Assembly (NCBI GenBank): GCA_029856105.1
Contig: JAHQWH010000035.1
Span: 1-51,046 of the forward strand
Source of the DNA: Promethearchaeia archaeon
Lineage (GTDB): Archaea; Asgardarchaeota; Lokiarchaeia; Sigyniarchaeales; SOKP01
Direction: 5' to 3'
DNA: 51,046 bases
The notes under the pieces are model-generated. The model did no database searches. It saw nothing but the letters and a program-made list of their open reading frames with translations, and was not told the DNA's origin. How positions within the stretch are numbered: position 1 is the stretch's first letter; every line of letters begins with the position of its first letter. Position numbers and translations under genes: made by a program. Shown here in pieces: positions 31,082-39,118 of this stretch.

Positions 31082-32476
31082 TCATTTCTTTAATGGTTCG
31101 CCACAGATTCTGCAAAACTTTAAATTGGCGGGGCACATAGAGCTACAGTGAGGACAGATTATTCTTTTTACTTTTGCGTCTTTTATACCTATCGAGCGTA
31201 TTCTTTGAGCCACAATCTCCTTCGCTTTGGCAGAATTTTTGCTGTCTATTAATTCTGGGTGATCGGTAAGGTCAACCCTTTCAGGCGATAAAATTACGCT
31301 TCCATACTTTCCAACGTGAATTTCGGTCCCTGCTCTGCTCTTCTTTGCGTATCCGTTTAAAATTTTTACAAGCTCGTTCACGTTAAATTCGTTTTTCTTT
31401 AAAATTTTCGAATGTTTGCCCCATAATATTACTCTAATATCGCCCGTAGGATCGTGGAGCAAAAAAGAAGCTCCTTGCCCCTCGTTCCCATCGTCTCTTT
31501 CAAACTTAAACTTGCTGTAAATCTCTTTAATTCTCCCGTATATCGTAATGGAGTTCATGTTAGGTTCGATGTCATTGATTCTTAATTGAGAGTTTTCGAG
31601 AGCGAAGTTAAAATCCTCGTCTTCCGAAACTCGTAATTTTCTAGCGAAACGGACCAAATACGCTAACCCGCTAAAGCTAGTGCTTAACAGTTTGATTAAT
31701 TCAGTTCTGCTCATTTTCTCGCGCACGGGACCGTTTTCTAACGAAGAGAAAGCGAACTTAACGAAATCGTCCCTTAACGATTCAAATTCGCTCTTAAATT
31801 GGGAAGTCATTCGATAGATCGCGGCTTCCTCGAGGTAAGTGTTAGCAATACTATCGATCTTATCGCTTGAAACTAGTAATTTTATCTTTTCGGCGATTCT
31901 GATTAAGGAAGTAAAGCGAAACTGTTGATCGAAGTAAATACAAAGATAAAAGCCGAACTTAAAGACTCCCTTCGTAAATTCTCGCATAGCTTTTGGCGTA
32001 ATTCCCTCCTTAAAGCTATTGTTGAGGTGATAAAAACTGCGGATAAGAACATTATCGTAATCAAATTGGATCGAGCTTATTTTTGGTAATTCGTCTCGAA
32101 CGTTCCGACCGTAAAGAAGGATTGAATTTTCCGGAAGTCTTAGCTCGAGCAAACTCCACTCGTAATTTGCAAAAGACTCCTTTTTAAATTGCTCCCGATC
32201 TTTGAATCCTTTTAGGCTATTAAATCCTATCCAGATTTCTTTATCCTCTACCTGCTTTTTCTCGAACCTCACTTCGGTCCAGTCTTGCTTTGGGATACTT
32301 TCTAAAGAATCGACTATTACGACCAAATCTACATCGTTTTTTATCCAATTGGGAGGGAGGTTCTCGTCGAAATAGCTTCCAATTCCGAACACGCTTACGC
32401 TGTGGTCCGAAAATCGCGATTCGAGGTCGCCTAAAACTTCTTTGATCAAGGGATCGCGCAAGTATTTTTGGCTCAA
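31082..32476 (-). CDS. Pol-beta-superfamily nucleotidyltransferase + helical domain fused to RPA-like OB fold and zinc ribbon
   Basis: GIGSY...NDVDLVVIV and LLYG; OB segment ITIYGRI...FERDDG.EG....LHDPTGDIRVILWG...VKILNGYAK...EIHVG; C-terminal CPHC..CRIC. TTG start. Confidence 0.85.
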   Translation of the reverse strand: MSQKYLRDPLIKEVLGDLESRFSDHSVSVFGIGSYFDENLPPNWIKNDVDLVVIVDSLESIPKQDWTEVRFEKKQVEDKEIWIGFNSLKGFKDREQFKKESFANYEWSLLELRLPENSILLYGRNVRDELPKISSIQFDYDNVLIRSFYHLNNSFKEGITPKAMREFTKGVFKFGFYLCIYFDQQFRFTSLIRIAEKIKLLVSSDKIDSIANTYLEEAAIYRMTSQFKSEFESLRDDFVKFAFSSLENGPVREKMSRTELIKLLSTSFSGLAYLVRFARKLRVSEDEDFNFALENSQLRINDIEPNMNSITIYGRIKEIYSKFKFERDDGNEGQGASFLLHDPTGDIRVILWGKHSKILKKNEFNVNELVKILNGYAKKSRAGTEIHVGKYGSVILSPERVDLTDHPELIDSKNSAKAKEIVAQRIRSIGIKDAKVKRIICPHCSSMCPANLKFCRICGEPLKK

Positions 32477-32616
32477 AACGAGAACGCTATTTTTTTTTAT
32501 ATGGATTAATAACTAGAATGCCGATATCATTTAAATATTAGATATTAAAATATGTAAGTATAAGAGAAAAATTGTAAACCATCTAGAAATATATAAAAAA
32601 CATAAAAATTAAAAAC

Positions 32617-33840
32617 CTAAAACTTATTTTCTAACTCTTCTAACTTTTTTAACATCCAACCTTTAAACTTTGAAAAATTTTCTATTGGCGGTATAGAATC
32701 CGATCCTACGCGTTTAATTTTCTTTACTTGCTTACTTTTCTTAACGGGGGAGGGAAGCGTTTTAGGACCTTCATTTTTTCGAACGAATTGGGTCGAAGAC
32801 CCTGGCTTCAAACGCAAAGAACTCACCGCTTCAGGTTCGCTTTTCCTCTCTGCGTCAAATTCTGGGAGGGAGTAAGGTAAATCAAGCTTGTTTAGCATCG
32901 TCTGGAACTCCACGTGATCGTCTTCGGTTAGAGAGGAATCGTCGCTCGTCGCTCGAAACCACTTCAACGCGAATTCTTGGGGGATCCCTTTTTCCCAGTG
33001 GTGGTTCCGCAAGTAATTATACAGCTTTTTAGGGTAGAAGAGCTGCGGTACTTCTAAATTGGCGGAGTTCACTTTTTCGAACCTGTAATCGTGAATTAAT
33101 TGTACGAATTTCTGGCCGATCTTTCGGTTGACTTTCATTATAATTTCGTACTCGGCAGAATAGTCTATTTCTGATTCGGGGCTCGCGTCTTTTATTTTTT
33201 TTCTAAGTCGTTTCGGTCTATCGAAGCTTGGAATCTCGATATCGTAGTACAATCGGGTAAAATTTAATATCTTGTCCCAATTGATCTGGTCGTAATCCCG
33301 GAGGATCTCAGGGAGCTTATCGGCGTCGTTTTTCTCGTTAAGCTGGAGGAATACTTTAGTTGCTACGCTCTTTATCTTTATCAACTCGTCTAACAACAAC
33401 TGCTTGTCGGGAAACGAGCTAATTAAGTGCCTTTCGAAAGATAAGTCTTGTTTTTCGGGCTCGTAATTTAAGAAAGTCATGCTTTTCTTGTTGTAAAAAA
33501 CGAATCTGGTACCGTTGGCTAAACTTCCGACGTTTTCGTGGGTGTTTACTACGCAACGGACTTTAGGAGAGTCGATTAACCTCTCGATCTCTTCGGTTTT
33601 AGGGTTTAAAACGAAGTAGAAAGTAGGTTGCTGCGAATAACTACTGGCTTCGTACTCGATTATCTCGCTTAAATTATGCACAACAGCAGAGTCGATGTCT
33701 ACTACGTCGTACCCGACAGCAAAAACTTGAAGAGATCTAAGGTGCTTCAAATCTACGTAGGGAAATATCACCAAGTTTTTCTGCTGGAAAAACAACAAGT
33801 TCAAAAATTCAGGAGTAATGAAATCGTATTGGGTATCCAT
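32617..33840 (-). CDS. Hypothetical protein
   Basis: 407-aa ORF 16 bp downstream of mglA. No family recognised. Confidence 0.8.
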   Translation of the reverse strand: MDTQYDFITPEFLNLLFFQQKNLVIFPYVDLKHLRSLQVFAVGYDVVDIDSAVVHNLSEIIEYEASSYSQQPTFYFVLNPKTEEIERLIDSPKVRCVVNTHENVGSLANGTRFVFYNKKSMTFLNYEPEKQDLSFERHLISSFPDKQLLLDELIKIKSVATKVFLQLNEKNDADKLPEILRDYDQINWDKILNFTRLYYDIEIPSFDRPKRLRKKIKDASPESEIDYSAEYEIIMKVNRKIGQKFVQLIHDYRFEKVNSANLEVPQLFYPKKLYNYLRNHHWEKGIPQEFALKWFRATSDDSSLTEDDHVEFQTMLNKLDLPYSLPEFDAERKSEPEAVSSLRLKPGSSTQFVRKNEGPKTLPSPVKKSKQVKKIKRVGSDSIPPIENFSKFKGWMLKKLEELENKF

Positions 33841-33856
33841 ATTTTTTAACCCTTTT

Positions 33857-34540
33857 TTAACTTTTTAATTCTCCCCTTAAAAAATTGAATATTACTTGTA
33901 CCATCAAATCCTCGAAGCACCGTCTGACGCTCTCGCCTTCTAACGCCACGGTGGGGTAAATTACTAGCGTTCCGTCCTCGTACGCCTCGAACTGAGGTAG
34001 ACCGAGCTCTTTTTTAAAGTCTTCTACGGATATCGGCTCGTCCAAATCTCTTTTGTTGAGCTGTATAACGTACGGAATTTGTTGGTCCCGCGTGAAGCTC
34101 GATAGCTCTCGGAAACTGCGTTTGTTTTGTTCCATCTTTTCGGGGTCGGAATCCGCAACGAACACGACTCCGTCGGCACCGTCAAGCACGTACTCGCGGG
34201 TGGATAAAAAGCGTTCTTGCCCCGTAGCCGTTACTATCTGGGTAATTACGTTGTACTTTATTTTTGCGAGGTTTAGGTAAAAAGACAGGCGGACGGAGTC
34301 TTGCCAGAGGGTTCTGCCATCGGTCGTCTCGATCGAATAACCCCTATTTAACTTCACGGCGTCGAACTTCTCGCGTAGCCTAAAGTAATTGGTGGTTTTG
34401 CCTGATTCGCCAGGGCCCCAGTAAACTACTTTGAACTGAAGCACTTTTTTTAAGGAGTTCGAACACGACTTACCGCTCAGACCTAACTCTTCTCCTTCCT
34501 TTTGCGCTTCTTTTCCTTTTCTTTTCGAATCTACGGTCAC
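33857..34540 (-). CDS. mglA: MglA-type small GTPase
   Basis: KVVYWGPGESGKTTN, DGRTL (intrinsic Arg), TGQ....TR..VL.GADGVVFVADS and QLNKRD. Confidence 0.9.
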   Translation of the reverse strand: MTVDSKRKGKEAQKEGEELGLSGKSCSNSLKKVLQFKVVYWGPGESGKTTNYFRLREKFDAVKLNRGYSIETTDGRTLWQDSVRLSFYLNLAKIKYNVITQIVTATGQERFLSTREYVLDGADGVVFVADSDPEKMEQNKRSFRELSSFTRDQQIPYVIQLNKRDLDEPISVEDFKKELGLPQFEAYEDGTLVIYPTVALEGESVRRCFEDLMVQVIFNFLRGELKS

Positions 34541-34563
34541 TTTTTTAATCGCCTCGCTTTAAA

Positions 34564-35097
34564 TTAAGTGGATTGAAACACTTTCCGCTTCAATTCTTTG
34601 AGGTGGGTCTTTAGCTCTTGCTCGGTCATCTTCAACTTGGTCATGATCTCCTGATCTTTAACGATGGCTTCTTTGATTTTTACTGAGAACTTTCTCATCT
34701 GCAAAATGAGAACTCCGATGTTAACCTCGTTGTCTACGAGAAGAACTACTAAAATCTCCCTTTTGCCTTTTTTATTGAGCACGACGTCCCCTATAGACTT
34801 GACGTAAAGCTGTAAATCTTTGTAGATTAAAGTCGCCCTGGTTAAAGAGTCGGTCTCGAAAAAATCTTGAGCTTGCCTCGCCACCCCGTACAGAGCGGCG
34901 CCGATCGAGCTTAAGTCCCAGTAATTCAACTTACGGTCGAACCGGGAGTCGATCGCTATTATTTTTGCGTCTTGGTCGATGGCAATTAGCCCGTAAATGT
35001 AGCCCCTTCGAGTTAGCATCCCGTAATTGTACCTAACTTCGTCTAACACCACCGCTATTTCGTTCTCGTATAAGGCTTTTGGCACGAATAACGTCAT
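34564..35097 (-). CDS. Roadblock/LC7 (MglB-like) protein
   Basis: GLIAIDQDAKII, SSIGAALYGVA and LVVL....VNIG.L..QMRK. Lies directly upstream of mglA. Confidence 0.8.
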   Translation of the reverse strand: MTLFVPKALYENEIAVVLDEVRYNYGMLTRRGYIYGLIAIDQDAKIIAIDSRFDRKLNYWDLSSIGAALYGVARQAQDFFETDSLTRATLIYKDLQLYVKSIGDVVLNKKGKREILVVLLVDNEVNIGVLILQMRKFSVKIKEAIVKDQEIMTKLKMTEQELKTHLKELKRKVFQST

Positions 35098-35296
35098 TTT
35101 TTATTTTATCACCAAAATTTTATAGTTTTAAAGTTAGAGAACGAAATAATCCTCGACTATTTAAAGGAAAAAGTGCGAAAAAAACTTCCCTTAAACACAA
35201 AATTGCCCAACCCTTATAGTTTTAAAACGAAGGGCGTAATTTTTCTTTAAATAGTTAGAAAAAAATCTGATAGTAAGATTATTTAAACGAAACTAC

Positions 35297-35815
35297 ATGA
35301 ACGTAATGGAACGATTAGGTAAAACCTTTCTATTGGTTATCGAACCTCTTGACTTTAGTATTAAGGAGGATTCGTTTAACTGTAGCGAATTTGGGTTCAT
35401 GGTTGGGACTGAATCGTCTTGGTATCTTGAAAATATATTTCAATTCTGCAGGGATTATTACAAGAACCGAAGCGATTATCTGAAATCAAACGCGTTAGGT
35501 TCCTTAAAGGAAGAGATCAAAAAAAGTCTGGAACAAATTATTGATAAAGATGTTAAAAACGACGAGGATTTACTTCGATTAATAGGAACATTTGTTGACA
35601 TATCGTGTTATACCACTCATTCTCACTGTAAAACCACGTATTTAACCGTATTTACCATGGACGTTGAATCTCAACTTCTTTATTGCTGCTATGTCGGGTC
35701 TAACGAATATAAAGATCAGGAGGAGCTTTCCAAACAATTCTTTAAAAAGATAAAGAGACCTAGCACAGAGAAATATGATGGGTCTTGTTTTGAAATCTAC
35801 CAATTTCTAAATTAA
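35297..35815 (+). CDS. Hypothetical protein
   Basis: 172-aa ATG ORF divergent from the roadblock gene. Confidence 0.7.
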   Translation: MNVMERLGKTFLLVIEPLDFSIKEDSFNCSEFGFMVGTESSWYLENIFQFCRDYYKNRSDYLKSNALGSLKEEIKKSLEQIIDKDVKNDEDLLRLIGTFVDISCYTTHSHCKTTYLTVFTMDVESQLLYCCYVGSNEYKDQEELSKQFFKKIKRPSTEKYDGSCFEIYQFLN

Positions 35816-35925
35816 CTTTAAAAAAGAAATAGAACATCTTGAAATTTTTAGAGCGGTCTAATATTGAGGAAAGCATAACTTGCTCAAAATTTTCCTTTTA
35901 AAATTAAATTAAAGGAGTTTCTCAA

Positions 35926-36021
35926 ATGAAAAAACTAGAGGAGATAGGCACCTGCCCCAGTTGCGAGTGCAATTATTTATCCTTTTTTGAACTTTCGAAG
36001 CAATATAAAAAAAAATACTAA
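35926..36021 (+). pseudogene. Probable truncated zinc-ribbon gene start
   Basis: AAGGAG then ATG: MKKLEEIGTCPSCECNYLSFFELSKQYKKKY*. Only one CxxC knuckle precedes low-complexity sequence. Confidence 0.4.
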
Positions 36022-36446
36022 AAAGATTAGGTTTCGACCTGTAAAATTATTCAAAAAATTGGGGTTTACCATTTTATTGGGGTTTAAATAGATCAATTTT
36101 CACAACAATTCAAACCGAAAAATTAGAAAATATTTCGAAAAATCTTAAAAAATCGCAAAAACCCAACTTTGATCGAAAAATTTGTTTCGCAAGATTAAAA
36201 CCCTAGTTAAAGACTCTTGCAGAATAAGGTATTCAAGATTTAGATAAATTCTTCATTAAGAGCCCCTGAAATAAAATTTATAAAAATAACTATGATGTTT
36301 GTCCATAGTTGATTTTTAATTTTCAAAGATAATTTCTTATTAGCGAACTAATTGAATATCTAAAAAAGTATAAATTTTTAATGATGAAAAATATATTGAT
36401 AAAAAATGTAAATATCTATATAAAATAATAATTTTAAGTTTTTGTT

Positions 36447-37193
36447 ATGAAGAGAATAGTATATTTTGGAAAGAGAACATTAGATACTTTCATAATTAAT
36501 TTAACCTATGAAAGATTGCTTCCTGGAATAAAACTTGATAAAGTTAATCCTTTTGCAGAAGCCATTCAAGCGTATTATCCTACAAAACCACTATTAGGTT
36601 TACTCAAAAGCCGTTTTACAGAAATTCATTTAGCCCCTCTTACTTTCTGGGATACAAATAAAAAAAATCGAGTGGAACTTGGGCAAGATTATCTTTTATT
36701 TACTTTTTCTGACTATTCTAAATGGGAAAAAGAATTATCTAAAGTATTGGAGGTATTTAATGCTTTAGGTGATATCTTAGACCTTCCAAAAATTAGTAAA
36801 ATAGTGTTAACATATGTTGATATTTTTCCTATTCCAAAGGAGTCGTTTATGTATAATAATTTTTTTACTATGCCGAATTTCAACTTTGAACACGAGTGGG
36901 ATATAAATTTCTATGACGCTAATTTAGGATTTGTACCTTTTGAAGAGGAATCTGAAGAGGGAAAGAGAAAAGTTGTTATAAGATTTAAATCTATCCCCCA
37001 AAATCATAACGAGATAAACTATAATTTTAGATTAGAGACAGTAGGAAGTGTAGATAATACTAGTATAATCCAAGATCCTGAAATTCTTAAAAGTCATTTA
37101 GATGATTGTCATGATAGAATTGAAGATTATTTTGTAAATTTTTTGACAGATGAATATAGGAATTATCTCGAACTTGAAGTAGATGATTATTGA
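36447..37193 (+). CDS. TIGR04255-like family protein
   Basis: YP, DYSKWE, ISKIVLTYVDIF (corresponds to I.RIGLRYIN) and the C-terminal L...HD.I...F...LTDEYR pattern. Confidence 0.7.
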   Translation: MKRIVYFGKRTLDTFIINLTYERLLPGIKLDKVNPFAEAIQAYYPTKPLLGLLKSRFTEIHLAPLTFWDTNKKNRVELGQDYLLFTFSDYSKWEKELSKVLEVFNALGDILDLPKISKIVLTYVDIFPIPKESFMYNNFFTMPNFNFEHEWDINFYDANLGFVPFEEESEEGKRKVVIRFKSIPQNHNEINYNFRLETVGSVDNTSIIQDPEILKSHLDDCHDRIEDYFVNFLTDEYRNYLELEVDDY

Positions 37194-37825
37194 GAGGGGT
37201 TGAAATGAGTAATAGGATTGAGGAAAGTTTCCAATCACCTGATTTAAGAAAATTTGAAGTTGAAATTCAAGATTGGATTATCGAAAACGCGTCTATTATT
37301 ATAGACTGGTATACTGATGATGCAACATCTGCTAGAAGTGAGGAGGAATTGGAGGAAGATCCGTATGCAGAATTTAAAAAGAAAATTAAAGAAATTAAAG
37401 AGAAAATAAAAAATCTGGTCAATAAAGAGACTTCTGAAAAAATTCCACACATTTTTCACCACTTAATTATGACAGTCCTTCGACTCTTAAGAGATCCTGA
37501 GATTAGAAATTCGATAATCTTAAATTCAATAACGCTAATTTACATTTCTGTTTTATATGAATTGAAAATTTATGATCCGGATACATACTCAAGTTTAGAA
37601 CCTTATGACCAATTTTCTCCAGACACATTCTATTTCGTTAGTAATGAATTATCAAGAGATAATGATCTAGTTGAAATTATTGATGAGGAATTTTGGAAGG
37701 ATAAGATTTTTGAGAGGATTATAGAGAAGGAAGAAAACAAATTATTGAAACATTCCTTAAGATCATTAATATTGTATTCTAATACTATTCAGAATAGAAA
37801 GGAAAGGTTGTTGAAATTAAAATAA
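37190..37825 (+). CDS. Hypothetical acidic helical protein
   Basis: Coupled to the upstream gene. Alternative ATG at 37204. Confidence 0.7.
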   Translation: MRGVEMSNRIEESFQSPDLRKFEVEIQDWIIENASIIIDWYTDDATSARSEEELEEDPYAEFKKKIKEIKEKIKNLVNKETSEKIPHIFHHLIMTVLRLLRDPEIRNSIILNSITLIYISVLYELKIYDPDTYSSLEPYDQFSPDTFYFVSNELSRDNDLVEIIDEEFWKDKIFERIIEKEENKLLKHSLRSLILYSNTIQNRKERLLKLK

Positions 37826-37843
37826 AAAATTTGGATCTTAATC

Positions 37844-38986
37844 ATGGAAAAGACAATTTATAAATACCGGGATATGATTAAGAGTGAACTTGCAATTTCT
37901 CAAGGAGACATTTTTTGTAATTTACCTTATTTAATGTACGACTACTTAATTCGATCGAGTCCTAATATTCTAGATAAGTTCCAAAATGAAAAAGATGAGA
38001 TTTTTACAATAATATTAAAAAATGGAGGTCAATTGCAAGTGGAAGGGTTCATAGATGCTCACTGGGGCATTTTAGCTAGTCAAGATTGTGACATCCGCCC
38101 TAAAAAGGACTTAATTTTTTTTCCACTTGAACCTACAAAGATTCTCTATCATTCACAAAATATTATTAAAGCTATTGATGAAAATATAAAGGATACAACG
38201 AGAAAATTATATTTGCCAAGAATTTCTCCTCCAAATGGTAATAGAACATATGGTCCATTTGAAATTATTTTTCATAATCCATTTAATGTTCCCTATAATT
38301 TAATAATTGATAATTTAGAACATTGTTGGAAGGCAAGGATTATAGAACAAGCACGTAAAATATTTATTGGAAAATTATCTCATTTCTATTCAAGAATTCC
38401 AATAGAAGAAATCATTTTTCTTGAAAATAAAGAGATAACAAAATATTTTAATAAAGGTTGGAAGAATTTTTGGGGAGTTAAAAGGGATTCAGAAGAAATA
38501 TTTCAAGAAAGAATAACTAGGATAAAACAAGTTAGAGATGTTCTAAGACTTGTGAAAAGAGAACAAGACCTGCAAAATATCTTCTATTATGATCTTAACT
38601 TACTAACTAATATAAAAAAATTTCTTGAATATATCTCCTGGTTTGAAAATGCTGAAGAATTAATAAAAAAATGTAAAACGGCTGAATTAAATGTAAGAGA
38701 AAGACCAGATGTCGCAAACTTCATGTTTAAAGATATTATCAATGTATTTATTATTCAAGAGGACTCCTTTCTGGATAAATGGAAAGAATTTTTCAAAGCA
38801 AATGAATCTAACATAAAAAAAATTAGAAAAGATAAAGTAGAAATTTCAGGTATATTTCCAGATGACTTATTAGAATCGCATCAAGATTTTGTAGATTGTG
38901 CTAACAATGCAATTAAAACAAAAAATTTACTCGATATATTTCCTGCTTACCTTAGAAGATATTCTGAATTATTTAACAATTCTTAG
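37844..38986 (+). CDS. QGD...SQDCD family protein (PemK/MazF-like pattern) with helical C-terminal extension
   Basis: SQGDIF, GILASQDCDI, FFPL, LYLP and L.HFYSR. Confidence 0.6.
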   Translation: MEKTIYKYRDMIKSELAISQGDIFCNLPYLMYDYLIRSSPNILDKFQNEKDEIFTIILKNGGQLQVEGFIDAHWGILASQDCDIRPKKDLIFFPLEPTKILYHSQNIIKAIDENIKDTTRKLYLPRISPPNGNRTYGPFEIIFHNPFNVPYNLIIDNLEHCWKARIIEQARKIFIGKLSHFYSRIPIEEIIFLENKEITKYFNKGWKNFWGVKRDSEEIFQERITRIKQVRDVLRLVKREQDLQNIFYYDLNLLTNIKKFLEYISWFENAEELIKKCKTAELNVRERPDVANFMFKDIINVFIIQEDSFLDKWKEFFKANESNIKKIRKDKVEISGIFPDDLLESHQDFVDCANNAIKTKNLLDIFPAYLRRYSELFNNS

Positions 38987-39118
38987 ATATAAGAATTTTT
39001 AAAATAGAAGCTGGCTAATTTTTTAAGAAAATTAAAAGATATGCTTGTATACCTTAGGATTTCAATACCGGAATAAAAAATAAAAACTAGTTCATAAAAA
39101 ATTAATGCAGTATAATTA

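Noticed and set aside
31082-32476. Calling the NTase a CD-NTase/CBASS component
   Set aside because: The layout looks MNT/KNTase-like and no recognisable CBASS effector is adjacent.
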